A model generated the notes under the pieces. The model saw only the letters and a list, made by a program, of their open reading frames with translations. It did no database searches and had not been told where the DNA came from. DNA of 63,983 bases, filler included, from Saprolegnia diclina VS20 (Eukaryota), in NCBI RefSeq assembly GCF_000281045.1. It is 6 parts of 2 records of this genome, joined end to end, with 100 filler letters (N's around TTAATTAATTAA, not from the genome) between each part and the next. Parts side by side here need not be neighbours in the genome. Positions count along the whole stretch, not along the records: positions 1 to 14,232 come from NW_008246090.1; 5 more parts are not named here. One strand, 5' to 3'. Positions within the stretch are counted from its first letter, which is position 1. Each line of letters starts with the position of its first letter. The translations under genes and the position numbers were made by a program. Shown one piece after another: positions 1 to 13,300 of this stretch.

Positions 1-436
1 GAATGAAGAAGATTGCGAGTCTACGTATGCTAAGGTTTGTAACAACGAAGATAACGCAAAACACGTTCATATATAATGGTAGTGGGTGTCCATGCTGGCG
101 ATGCATCCCGCGCTCAACTCAAGGCGTACCGCCCTACTTGGTGCAGAGGCAAGATCAGCTCGCATAAAGTGCTCCCAACGTTCATTCAAGAAAGCTGGGT
201 GGAGACACAAGACACTGACAAGATAGAAGTTTGACTGGCCTTGTCTCGCGCCGTTGCCAGTCTTTTCGGTACTTGACCATTTGACCATTCGTACGGTCTC
301 GGCCGCCGCTGAGACACAAGCCGCCAGTCTTCTCCAGGTGTCATGAAGTACCTCGTTCACGATCGCACCGTACGAGCAAAACGAACGTGTCATTTTGCCA
401 TAAAAAAGACAGCCGATCGATCATGCACTGTCCAAA

Positions 437-1173
437 ATGGTCTTGTCCGTTGAAAAATTCCGCTGGGAGAAGCGCTTTCACATCACGATTCTCGCTGCAA
501 TGCAACCAGCTTCCGACACGGCACCGTTCGTCGTCATGGAAGGCGCCGTCACGCGCGAAGGCCTCGAGGCCGCCGCCACCCTCTTTCAGGCGCAGGTCAA
601 CGACGCGCCACGCATGCTCGTAGCGCGCAACGTGCCGTTGGTCGAATGGCTTGCCGACGACTACGACAGTCGTCTCTGCGGCGCCATCTTGTCGGTCACG
701 TACGAAGGCGAGGCCGACGACGTGTCGACGCTCGCGTCGATCTACATTGTCCGCGCCATCACGCGGCCGCCATATAGCACGACTTTCGAGATGGCCCAGA
801 GCCGTCCGATCATTGCGAACGGCGAGGTGCGCATCGCCGACTCGCAGATGGCGTGCGTAGACGCCAACGGCGCCATGCTCCCGCCGATCATGGTCATTGA
901 GCTCGAGGTCGTGAACCGAAGCATATCGACCATCGTGGCCTGGATGCAGGGCTACTTTGACATGCTTGCGGGGCTGCGCGTGGCGCTGGCCTTCAAGTAC
1001 TTTCTCGACGAGGACGCAGAAGATCCCCAGCGCTTTAGCGCAGTCGTGCTCCAGTACGGTCGCAACGCGATGGGCCACGTGGTGCTGCAGTTTGCAGCCA
1101 GCTTTGGCTCGGTTTCGTTGAGCCTGGACGAGAAGGCGACGATCGACGACGACATTTTGGCCACGATGAAGGT
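437..1173 (+). CDS. Hypothetical protein with a putative PD-(D/E)XK / Uma2-like restriction-endonuclease fold; 3' end lost in N gap
   Basis: Open frame with GC3-biased codons. Segment RIADSQM...PPIMVIELEVVNRS...WMQGYF...LRVALAFKYF resembles the Uma2 pattern PD...P-hhhEh..S...W/F...hhhhK. The start could be 437 or 500. Confidence 0.45.
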
Positions 1174-2364
1174 NNNNNNNNNNNNNNNNNNNNNNNNNNN
1201 NNNNNNNNNNNNNNNNNNNNNNNNNNNNNNNNNNNNNNNNNNNNNNNNNNNNNNNNNNNNNNNNNNNNNNNNNGCGATTCGCGATTCGACGGCGGAAGAG
1301 TAGCATCGTGTCCGAAGCTCTTATTTTGAAGCGTTTCAAATCTTATCAATCTATCAACGGACCACATTGCGTGCGCTGCACACTGGTTAGTCATGCTGGC
1401 CCTTGGGTCCCAACGTGCACCTACCAAAGAGGCAGATGCAGCGCCGTTCCGTGCTCAAAGACGCACTTGCAAGTAGAGATCATCTATGGTGACCGTGTGA
1501 TAGGGACGATCTGCATGTGCCGCAAGGCGACCGACCAGATCTTATATGCTTGCACGACAAGAAACTTCTGCACCCTGGATGAATTGATCAGAGGAGCTAC
1601 GGCAACATCAAGGCCGGCATGGTCATCAAGACCAGAAGCCACTGACGTGGCTGGTAAGGGATCATGGTGGATCTTGACCTCGAGTGCTGGCTGGTTTGAC
1701 CGGATACAATTACTTGAGGCTTTGTCCACAACAAAATCTGAATTATATTTCCTCAGCAATTATTATTCACGCACGACCGCGCGTCCATATCCCAGGTATG
1801 GTCGAGTGNNNNNNNNNNNNNNNNNNNNNNNNNNNNNNNNNNNNNNNNNNNNNNNNNNNNNNNNNNNNNNNNNNNNNNNNNNNNNNNNNNNNNNNNNNNN
1901 NNNNNNNNNNNNNNNNNNNNNNNNNNNNNNNNNNNNNNNNNNNNNNNNNNNNNNNNNNNNNNNNNNNNNNNNNNNNNNNNNNNNNNNNNNNNNNNNNNNN
2001 NNNNNNNNNNNNNNNNNNNNNNNNNNNNNNNNNNNNNNNNNNNNNNNNNNNNNNNNNNNNNNNNNNNNNNNNNNNNNNNNNNNNNNNNNNNNNNNNNNNN
2101 NNNNNNNNNNNNNNNNNNNNNNNNNNNNNNNNNNNNNNNNNNNNNNNNNNNNNNNNNNNNNNNNNNNNNNNNNNNNNNNNNNNNNNNNNNNNNNNNNNNN
2201 NNNNNNNNNNNNNNNNNNNNNNNNNNNNNNNNNNNNNNNNNNNNNNNNNNNNNNNNNNNNNNNNNNNNNNNNNNNNNNNNNNNNNNNNNNNNNNNNNNNN
2301 NNNNNNNNNNNNNNNNNNNNNNNNNNNNNNNNNNNNNNNNNNNNNNNNNNNNNNNNNNNNNNNN
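1174..2364. other. Two assembly gaps (1174-1273 and 1809-2364) flanking a short contig of unassigned sequence
   Basis: Runs of N. Confidence 0.99.
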
Positions 2365-3760
2365 AGCCTCTCGGCCGTAAGCGATCTTTGGGGGCATACC
2401 TTACCTCTCCTCAGCTCCCTCAAGCCTCCTCGAAACACTACCACGTACAGCATCCTACACGGCCAACTTCGATTGGGTCGCGACAACGACAGAAACTCGG
2501 CAACGACGGCGGCCAGATCGACATTAAGTGGCCACAACGACGGCAGCTCGGCACGACGCTAGGACCAGATGAGGCGACGTTTGGTCGACAAAGCTCGCCA
2601 CAGCAGTCGTTTGGCAACGCGGTTCAGCCTCGACGACGGCAGCGCACCATCAACGCGGCACTGCTCGGGGACAGCTACAGCGACTGCGGCGACGGTGAAG
2701 TTGACACCGCCTACTCAAGGCGGCGGTTCGGACAACGCCGCTCGGCGTCAACGACGGTGACAGCGGCTCTGCACGTCCCTGTCCGACGGCGCGGTGTCGT
2801 CCAGTGACCCCGACGGTTTATGATGTCGGCGGCGCCGATCCAGCGGCGCCAAGGCGTTACGACTCTAGTTACAGCGACGGCTCAAACGACACCGCCTAGT
2901 CTCGGTGAAGCGCGGGCTATGCCCTTCAGCGGTAACACTACCGGCGTCAGCTCACAACGATACGGAAAGACATTGCCCAACGTCACTCACAGCGCCACGG
3001 TCGCTGGGCGGCGACGCAGATTTATTCACGGTCTCACGGCTACGATATCGGCAACATGGACACGACACAGCACTTCTTTTCGTCACAGCAAGACGACGGC
3101 ACCGGCGACGTCGAACAAGAAGCTGCTTAGTGACAATTACGGCAATGAGCGACACGGCACGGCCCACACACGGCGGGGTCTCCAGGAGCATGCTTACCAC
3201 GGCATCGCGAGGGGCTCGGCCGAGTGCACTTGGGCATGACAGCCGCGGCGGCGACGCAGTGCTCATCACTCTCTGGAGCATGACGCTACTGGAGGGCAAC
3301 GACAGAGGCGGCTTGTTTATCGTCCTCACGGCGGCGACTTGATCGGCATCAACCCGACGCCAACGGCTCTTTACGACGACGTGATGGCGTCACGACAACA
3401 TGCACCGTGGCGACACTGCAGTCGTACGCAACGCCAACGGCAGCTGAAGCAATTTACGCCACGAAGAGGACCCGACGCTTCCCACGTCGGCCAGTCCCGC
3501 GCCAGCAGCGACACAACATTCTACGCCTCGGTCTCCGACGGCAAATGAAAACATTGCACCCGCCTCGGATGTTCAGGCGGCCTCGGTGGACACGAGTTCA
3601 CTGGGGAAGGTTCTACGACCACGACACTGCCAGCTCGGCCTAGTCCAGCATCAAGGCTCAACCGCTCCAGATTTTCGAGCGGGCCCGCGGGACGATAGCA
3701 GTCCTGCGGGGAAACATGAAAGCGGCTCCCGATAGATCCTCTTCGTAGGAACATGCGCTC
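2365..3760. repeat. Degenerate low-complexity region rich in ACGGC/CGAC motifs; possibly decayed repeat
   Basis: Recurrent acgacggc/cggcaac/acagcgac motifs on the + strand, no long coherent ORF, and weak self-similarity between about 2660-2730 and 3123-3185. Confidence 0.3.
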
Positions 3761-4233
3761 GCAACGTGTTGGGCAGCTATTTTGACATTCCTGTCCTCCG
3801 CCGATAGGAGAATGCTAGTAGTGTTCATCGTTTTGCAGGGGCCATGATGTTCCGTCACCGATTTGAGCCTCGTGTGAGTGACCGATCGATTGATTGGTAT
3901 TGATGATCTTGCACCAAGTTACGACTCCGCCCATTACTACAAACTAGATGATCCACAAGAGTCTCTGTCCAAGTGCCATGGCAGAGCAAGTACCGTCGCG
4001 CCTACGTAGTGCCTGACAAGCCTCCATCACATGCGACCACGCTGCACTGCAACATGCGCACAAAGTCGCCGGCAATCATCGAGCGCTCGCTAGACCCAGC
4101 GTCTCACCAATACACGCTGCACTCTACACTTCGCCTAGACACTGTACGTGTTAATGAACATAAATGTTGAATGTATTGATGCATTTGGCTATCTACTGTA
4201 GCTGTGGTGCTCGGAGACAGTGCGCGACGAGCC

Positions 4234-7200
4234 TTAACTACGGATGCTGCGCAGAAGCGCTAGAATTTCACCTAGCTGCTTCGTCGTCTCTACTTGCTGC
4301 TCCTTCATTGCCTCGATGTGTTTGTTCGTCGACTCGCGCTGCACACGAAGCTCGAGCCGGAGCTCTTGGTTCTCTTGGTCGTCTTGCTTCTCGTGGTCGT
4401 CACGGGGGACGTTTGATATCGCTGCGAGGATGCTGTTGGCCATCTTGGTCAGGAGTGCGTCGAGCGCCGAGCGCTGGTTGATCTGGTAGAGCATCACGCA
4501 CTTGTAGTGGTCGTCGGCTGTGTCGGCTGTTGTCGAGCCATTCCAGGCACTCAGAAGCTGAGCCTTGAGATCTCGAACATCCTTTGCCACCTGCTTCTCG
4601 AGCTTGGTGAGGATCTCCTTCTTGAAGCAACCGCGGCTGCGTCGCGCCTTCTCAATGTCGCCCCGAAGCTGCCGTTGAGCAGTCGCCAGCACTTCAAACT
4701 CGCGCGCAAAGATTTCGTGGACGTTGAGATCTGTAAAGTGACTGACGTGGCTGAGACCATCCACCACAAACCCGACCTCGTCCATGACAGCCTTATCCAG
4801 AGCTTGCATCTGGTCGAGCCACGCCGCGCGACTCACTTGAGAGCGCTGCAACGTCTCGGCTTGGTCTGGTGTGAGCCCAAGGTTGGCCCGAGGAACACTC
4901 TCAGAGAAGATCGGGTGCAGCACCGGCATGCCATCCGAGCCAGGCACGTGCATGAGCGCATGAACCTTGGCGTCGGTAAGCCTGGCGCCTTCGAGCCGCA
5001 AGATGCACTGCGCATAGATCATCAACGCTCGTGTTTTGGCCTTCTCGAGACCCTTGCTGACTGTCTGGTTCATCAACGCCAGTAGCATGTTGAGCAGTAC
5101 AAAGACCACAATTGCCGAGTGTACCATGAGCACGATCGCAATCACAGTGTACGTGGCCCTCCGATCCGACGCCGTGTTGTCCGAGTCGGCGAATTCGCTG
5201 AGCGAGTCCAATGGCGTCTGACTAAATGCGACAAAGTACGTCGAGATGAACGACTGACCGAGGGTGCCAAAGGCGTCGCTGACGTGAGTGTCGTTGCCGT
5301 GTACGTGCCCTTGAAAGAGTTGCACGTACGTCAGCGTCAAGCCGAGTTGGAAGACGCCAAACAGAATCAAAAAGTTCCAAATGTCGCGCAAGAGGTCCGA
5401 TATCATGGGCAAGAGGTAGCTCACCGATGGAGCAACCTCCAGAAACTGAAGCGACAGGACCCAGAGACTGAGCGTGAGGACAGCGCCGAGCACGACCTTG
5501 ATCTCGTCGCGAATCCAGCCACATAGACTCGACACGGCGAATAGTAAGATGACGGTGTAGAGAATCAGCTGCAAGAGGCCCAATGACAATGACGCATAAC
5601 CTCGAATGTCGACACGTCTTTCCCGGTGTTTGACTCGGAAAAAGTAGGCCGACGTGACGACCAAGAGGCCATTGTTGGCATAACCAAACCAGTCGGTGAC
5701 GCGCAGCGCATCACAGAAACGGAGCAGCGCTGCGGTTAACGCAGCAGTGGGTGTGCCGATGAACGCGATGAGCAAGAAGACGAGAACTATGGACACGACA
5801 AACGTGTTGCATCGCGTCGTCTCGGCGACGACTCGTCGTAGACAGCACTTGGTGACCGCGAGACTGACAAGGACAATGACAAACGTCGAGAGACCAATGC
5901 CATGAACAAACCACGGCAGCGTCTTTTCGTTGGCGAGTGCGGACGATATGGGCATGGCCACCAACATGACCACGTTCACGAGCAGCTGCTCAAAGTAGAG
6001 GCGCCGGCCAAAGAGGATCCACTTGATCTCGAGGACGCGGCGAAAGACCGGGTGCTCGAGACATGCTTGCTGCGTCGCAAAGGTCTCGTCCGGGTCTTGG
6101 AGGTCCAAGCTCAAGACCGCGCGGAGGGGATTGTCGCTGACACTCGTACCGTAGACGAGGTCGAGCTACATTACGTGTATGAACAAGATTTTAGCCCTTG
6201 AAATATGCACAAAACCTGCGAAAACACTGCTTCATACCGACGCAAGTCGACGCAATCGTTGAGAAAGGCGGGCCCGAGCGTCGTGTTGCAGCGAATGGCG
6301 CGAGAGAAGATATCACTGGCAAAGACCTGGTTGGTCGTCATGGTGATCATGCCCAGCGCGCGCTTGTTGCGAAACGCTGGCGAGATATCTCTCGCTTGCT
6401 CTTCTTTCTCGAGAAGCTGCAGGATCTCCGTTTGCTCCTTATTCCACGGGCCAAACACAGCGGCGCGCAGTCGCTTGACGATCGGGATTCCGTCCTAGTA
6501 TCGAATGAGGACCTTCACAACGAATTGATACGACACCCGCGTCGGATCGAAGTAGGCGCGGTGGGCTAAGAGCAGCTCGACAACGGCCAAGTGTCCTTGC
6601 ATCGCGGCGTGCAGCAGCGCCGTGTGGCCATTCTACCTCGAGCCTTGGACACTCCATTCTTGAATAAATTTGGGTCGACATGTACCGTGTCCATGAGGTC
6701 GACGTCGGCGCCTTCATTGATGAGAAATGTCGCGTGGCCCACGTAGCCAAGTCTCGCCGCCGTCATGAGCGCCGTTGATCCATCCTGCAACACTCGTAGT
6801 CTACCACGTTGGAGCGGGCTTCTACCGTTGTCGTCGGCGTGTCTACATCCTCGCCAAAGGTAGCTATTGTCGCTAGTACCGACGTGGGTAGCCCCTTTTC
6901 CGTTGCTACGTGCAGCGCCGTCTTCCCAGCCTAGATCCATATGTTGATTGTATAAGGATGCAAAAGGTGGCGCTACCGTTTTGTATTGGCTGGCCTCTTC
7001 GACGCTGGTCACCCGCGCGTGATAATACGCGGGGTAGGTGTGTTCGAGCACCCAACTGTCGTACAGCAGAATTCGACAAGGACTGGGTCGGGTCCAGGGT
7101 CTGCTCTGGCCTATTTCGAATACCGCCTATGGTATATCGCTATCTCCAAAATCTAGACGAGGCAGGCTCGTACCGCTCGAGGCACGCCATGGTGCGCGCC

Positions 7201-9319
7201 GGCTTGCAGGAGGAGGCGGACGCACTCAGGTTGATCCTTCTCGCTGGCGAATTCAACTGGCGCCTTGTTGCTGCTCTAATGGAGTGACAAAAAGTAAGCC
7301 TGAAGCGTGCGCCACTTGACAATCTACAGATTGGATGTTGATCTGCAAATGCGTCTGCTGCAAGAGCAGTGTCAGTGTTCGGACGTCGCCGTAGCCGCAC
7401 ACATGATGCAGCGCCGTACATCCCTAAACACCCACAGACTACGTGTCGTGCTCGGTATGACACTGCTACTACCTCATCATTGAGTTCGTTGATGTTGGCA
7501 ATGTCCTGCGTGGCCTTGAGGCGACTACGCAGCTCGCCCCATTTTTTATCGCGTGCGAGCTTGGCGAGGTTGTCGTCACTTGTCCGGCGTGCTTCGATGC
7601 AGTCGCCAGCGCACGTGCGCGGCGGCACCCCCTCGTGCGCTCGTATAGTCTACGTAAACGTCATATTTGGTTGTAGAATCAGGAGCTGCCTTACGTGGCG
7701 CGTATAGTCGAGCAGTTGCTGCTTTTCATCAACCAGCGATCGAAGCGCCTCGAGCGTCACTGCGTTGTTGGCGCCGTCGGCGGTCGGCAAGCACACAAGG
7801 CCCTTTTGTAAGAGACAACCGACGATCGTACGTTCACCCTGCGCACATTTCATTTGCGCCAAGCAAGATCCCATCTTGTCGCACCTTGGTATGCAGCATC
7901 AAGGACTCCTTGGAGCAGTAGGGCAAGAGAATGTCGAGGACTTGGCGCTCTGCGTTGCTATCGAGGGCTTCCACGGCGTACATCAAGACTGTGTTTTCAT
8001 GCTACGTTGTCAAACGCAGTGTAAATCATATCGAACACCCTCCCTCGCCGAGAAGTTGAGCAAGCGGTACCATGTCTCGACGCAAGAGCGCCACTTCGAC
8101 CACCTCGGCCATGAGAGAGAGTAGCCTTTCGTTGACGCTGTCGACGTCATTGGCGCGTGCCATGAAGTGCAGCGGAAACTGCGACCGAAACTCTCTCTCC
8201 TGAGCAAGGACGGCCCGCAGCTTGGGGTTCTCGGTGACGTCGGATGCGAGCTTGCGGTCCTACGAATAGACTCGTGGAATACTTGTGTCACTTCGTCTCG
8301 GCGGCTTCTACCGTATTTTCGGCGTCCAAGGACGCCTTGCTGCAGACGACAAGAAGACGCGAGAGGAAGGCGCAGTGCGCGTCGCGGTTCCCGTCCAATG
8401 ACGCAACGGCGGTGTGCAGCACCGTGTTGCCTCGCTACCAAAGCAGCCGTGGTCGCTCGCCTTACAAATGTGCTTGCAAGTACCGTATCGACGGCGTTGA
8501 TGTCGGCGCCAGCTCCAAGTAGCATCTCGATGCCAACAATGTTTTGCGCGTAGCAAGCAGTGTGTAGTGGCGTTTCTCCCATCTATCCGGCATGTTGCTA
8601 TCTCGGCTTTAGGAAAGAACGCACCTCGTTGCGTGCGCTGACAAATGGTTGGTGCTGCAATAGCAGCCACGCGAGCACTGTGTTGGCGCGGTAGCGGGCT
8701 GCCCTGTGCGCAAGCGAGTCGTTTGACAATAAGTAGCGCCATGGCTATACGACGTGTCCCAACAGCGTCGTGTGGATTACGAGGTACCAAGATTGTCCCA
8801 AGCTCGTCTCGGTTTGGGTCGAGATGCTGGAGGATTTCGAGTCGATCTCTCGACGTAGCTACGCCAATCGGCCTCAACGTGTACTACAAAAACCTGTTAC
8901 TCTATACCCCCAACACGATCGGACGTACATTGGCGATCGATGCAACCTCGGGTCGCCCCAGTATTAGCTTCACGACGTCGGTGTGTCCGTAGTATGCGGC
9001 CCACTCCAAGACGTCCATCGCCTGCAAGAGTGTGAGTGCAGAGTGCGGGATCGCGATGACGCACCTCGAACTTTGTGGCGAACTCCTCGACGGCGATGGT
9101 ACCTCCTGGATCGCGTAGCCGGTCTAGGACGCTTTCTTTTTCCCCGTCACATAGCAGTTGCGCCATGCTCTGCTCTTCGTTGCCCTCGAGGACCAAGGTC
9201 GAGTTCTCGTTCAGCATTGAGGACGACGGCGCGTTCTCGCTCGTCAAGGGCTGGCTCGATGCGGAGTACGGGATTCGGCCGTCCCTGAGCTCATGGAACG
9301 ATCCCTGGTGTGAGTCCAT
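4234..9319 (-). CDS. Ankyrin-repeat TRP-like cation channel, paralog A (multi-exon)
   Basis: 5' exons carry ankyrin motifs (LEWAAYYGHTDVVKLIL, GETPLHTAC, GSTALMTAARLGYVGHATFLINEGADVD). The long 3' exon (ORF 4234-6114) has HPVFRRVLEIKW, six hydrophobic helices, pore helix GQSFISTYFVAFSQ, S6 LLNMLLALMNQTV and a C-terminal coiled coil. The exon series is collinear with paralog B. Confidence 0.8.
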
Positions 9320-10350
9320 GCAGCCTTCAGTCTAAGTACAATGCCAAGGCCAGGGACAATTCCCAAATGCGAATCAAATCAGCCCTTTTATTGCCATTAA
9401 AATACGAGCGGACACGGTCGTTTCAAACGCGAGCAACTCACTCGAAGAGCAACCCCTTGCGCTTCTCCGCCCACTTCCCGAATCCTGGTCTCTCGCGCAT
9501 TGTCGAAATGCGTGGCGCACGACACGCCACTCTACCGGCCCGTGCAGTGTCATGAAAGGAGGTGGTGACGTTGCATCATCATACAATTGAAACACGTTTA
9601 GTCGACGTCAGCATGACTGAAGCGAGCGCATACACCTCGGCTGCAGCCCCAGGCTCGCCGGGTGGGGCGTTGCGTGCGTACGCTGCCGATCTGAAACGGC
9701 CCTTTCACAATCGGGCAGTCGTGCTCGCACCCCTCGTGAGATTTTTCGATTTCTCGACTGAGCAACTCACCTCACCGCGCCAAAGGTCCGGGTGAGGAAG
9801 GTTGGTGGCGCCTTTTGCCCGACAACATGGGCATGGAAGAGCAACGTGCGTATCCGTTTAGCTCCATACATAGATGAGAGAGATCCGTGGATGAGTCGAG
9901 ATCCTCGCTTGCCTTTGTTTGTTTGGCGATACTATTCAAGCCAAACCAGCTGAGTAGTCTCATATACCCAAGCTCGCAATGCTTTCTCAATGCACATGGT
10001 CGTTTGACGATGAAGGCATTCAAGCGTCAAGCGCGTCCGAGTTGACACTGGAAGAGCCTTTGGAAGCCGACTCGACGGCTATGTAATCTTACGTGGTGGG
10101 TGCATCTCGTCACGGACGTTTGGTCGAACGTTGAATCCGGCGACGAGATCGACGCGGACCAACTTGGTCCATCTCGGAAATCCGGCATGACGACGGCGTG
10201 TCACGAAACGCCCATACGATGCACCAGCTGATTGGCCATGGAGGGCAACGTCTGCCAACGATATCGACGCGAGCTCGCTTCCATATCATCCTACGGGTTC
10301 CAATTATTATCTTTTTCCATGTAGTATTATCTGCATTCGAGAATTCCGTT

Positions 10351-13300
10351 TTAGCGACGGCTTTTGCGGCGGGTGAGAGACGACGAGCGCGATTCGTTCG
10401 AATCGTTGGCGACTTGTGATAGGATCGTGTCTAGCTGCATCGCCATCTCGGTCTGTTGCGTTGCTGCGGCGTCTTGCTGTGTTGCCGTCGCACCTTGCTG
10501 CGTCGCCATCGCACGTAGTTGACTTGAGAGCGTCTCCAAATGAGCCGTCATTGCCTCCATTCGCCTCTCCGCCGCGTCGTTCAGCTGGCTTGTCAACGCC
10601 TCAAAGCGGGCAGTCACCACTTCAATCTCTTGCGTCATCGATGCACGCAGCTCAACCAGCTGGAGGCGCACCTTTTCGTTCTCTTCGTCAGCGCTACTGA
10701 CAACGCCGTCTCCAGAGACGTCGGCAAGCGCCGTCGCGATCGCTCCAAGATTCTTGGTCAATAGATTTTCCAATGTCATGCGCTGGTTGATCTGGTAGAG
10801 CATCACGCAGTTGGCGTGGTCGTCCGCAAGCTCTGTCGCAGCGCTATGCCGGGCCCTCAGAAGCCGTACCTTGAGATTTTGAAGCTCCTTCGTCGTTTGC
10901 TTCTCGAGCTTGGCAAGGATCTCCTTCTTGAAGTAGCCGCGGCTGCGTCGCGCCATCTCGATCGCGTCCAACAGCTGCTGCTGAGCAGTCGCCAGCAACT
11001 CAAACTCGCGCGCAAAGATTTCGTGGACGTTGAGATCCGTAAAATGACTGACGTGATCGAGGCCATCGACCACAAACCCGATCTGGTCCTTGACAACCTT
11101 GTCCAGATGCCGCATCTGGTCGAGCCAGGCCATGCGACTTGCCCCCGTGCGCTGCAACGTCTCGACTTGGTCTGGTGTCAGCACGAGGTTGGCCCGGGGG
11201 ACAGTCTCGGAGAAGATCGGATGCAGCACAAGCTTCCCAGAGGCGTCCTTGACGTGCGTGAGCGCCGTCGTCTCGGCGTTGTCGAGGTGCATGGCGCCTT
11301 CGAGCCGCAAGATGCACTGCGCATAGCTCATCAACGCTCGAGTCTTGGCCTTCTCGAGACCCCCCGTGACTGTCTGGTTCATCAACGCCAGCAAGACGTT
11401 GAGTAAGACGACGACCACGATCGCCGAGTGCAGCATCATGAGAAGAGCGACACCCGTGTACATGGCCGCTTGACTCGAACTCAAGTTGTCAGAGGCAGAA
11501 AAGACGCTGAGCGAGTCCAGAGGCACTTGACCAAATGCCACAAAGTAGGTCGTCATGAACGACTGGCCAAGACTACCAAAGGCGTCGTCGCCGTGGCCTC
11601 GAAAGAGCTGGTAGAAGGTCAGCGTCAAGCCGAGTTGGAAGACGCCAAAGAGAATGAAGAAGTTCCAAATGTCGCTCAAGAGGTCCGACATCATGGGCAA
11701 GAGGTAGCTGGCCGACGAGATCACCTCTAGAAACTGAAGCGACAAGACCCAGAGACCGAGTGTGAGGACGGCGCCGAGTCCGACCTGGACGTCGTCACTG
11801 ACACTGATCCAGCCGACTTGAATCGGAACAAAGACACACAAGATGACGGTGTAGTTCATCAGTTGCACGCGGTTCATCGTCGACGAGAGATAGGCGTCCA
11901 TGCTGACGCGCATTTCCTGAAGCTCAATATGGAGAAAGTAGAGCGTCGAGAGAGCCAAGACGAGGTTGTTGCAGGCTGTAAACCAGTCGACAATGCGCAA
12001 TTCTTGGCTAGCGTAAAGCACGGGTACGACCAGCAAGACGGTCCCGACGACAGCGAGTAGGACGAGACCTCCATCAAAGAGAGACTTGTTGTCGCTGAGC
12101 CGAGCAAACGCCGCAAGGACCTGAGGGCGAAGGCACTGAACGACCAGCAATCCGACGGCCACAAATATCAGGGTTGAAATACCCATGTTGTAGACGATCG
12201 GCGGTGGCAACTCGTCGTTGGGAAGAATGGACGATGTAGTCATGGCCACCAACAAGAGTAGGTTCATGAGCAGCTGCTGGAGGTAGAGCCGCCGGCCAAA
12301 GAGGATCCACTTGATCTCGAGGACGCGATGAAAAGCGGGATGCTCGAGACACGCTTGCTGCGTCGCAAAGGTCTCGTCTGGGTCTTGAAGGTCCAAGGTC
12401 AAGACCGCGCGGAGGGGACTGTGTTTGGCGCTTGTGCCGTAGACGAGGTCCAACTACAAGAGACCATGAGCCGCAGAAGAGGGGCGATACGATAAAGACT
12501 ATGAGATGAAAGTACCTTGGAAAACAAGGCTTCGTGGCGACGCAATTCAACGCAGTCGTCCAAGAACGTAGGACCGAGCGTCGCGTTGCAGCGAATCGCG
12601 CGGAGGAAGCTGTCATCTTTGAAGACTTCGCTGGTTATCAGTGTGATCATGCTCAGCGCGCGCTTGTTGCGAAACTCTTGCGAGTTGTCTCTCGCGCGCT
12701 CTTCCTTCTCGAGAAGCTGCAGAATCTGATCATGTTTGGCACTTTTCTCGCCAGGCAAGACGGATCGCAGCCTCTCGACGATGGGAATTCCGTCCTGCGA
12801 ATGAGTCGTGGTTAGGTTTAGGTTAGGGCTAGGTTATGAAGATCGGTGGTACCAGCTTGGGATCGAGGTCGGCGCGATACACAAGCAGCAGTTCGACAAT
12901 TCCCACGTGCCCCAGTACCGCAGCATGTAGTAGCGCTGTGCACTTGTTCTACGCACTGCCGTTGAGGTAGTTTTGGTCCGTGGCCACATACGGCGTCGAT
13001 AACGTCGACATCAGTGTCTGCCTCTAAGAGAACTTGAGCAAGGCGCATGCAACCTTGCTTGGCCGCCATCATGAGCGCCGTCTCGCCCGTCTACATCTCG
13101 ATTGTCAAACAACAACTATACAACCCGGGACAATCTTGGTTTGGGCGTCGACATCCGCGTTGTGCTGCCCCAGCAATGATTCGACAACGTTCTCGGGTAG
13201 CTCTTTCGTAATTGCAATATGCAAGGCTGTCTCGAGCGCCTACAAAATATTAAATAGCATTGTCCTTCACAAGGTTATGCCAACCTCGATGTGCCTCTCG

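Noticed and set aside
1..400. Possible transposon remnant at the window start and at 1274-1808
   Set aside because: No transposase, reverse transcriptase or integrase motif, and no terminal repeats recognised.
7650..9319. Apparent separate small ankyrin genes between the two channels
   Set aside because: The exon at about 7700-7835 has a homolog upstream of paralog B's ankyrin exons, so these are best read as 5' exons of paralog A.
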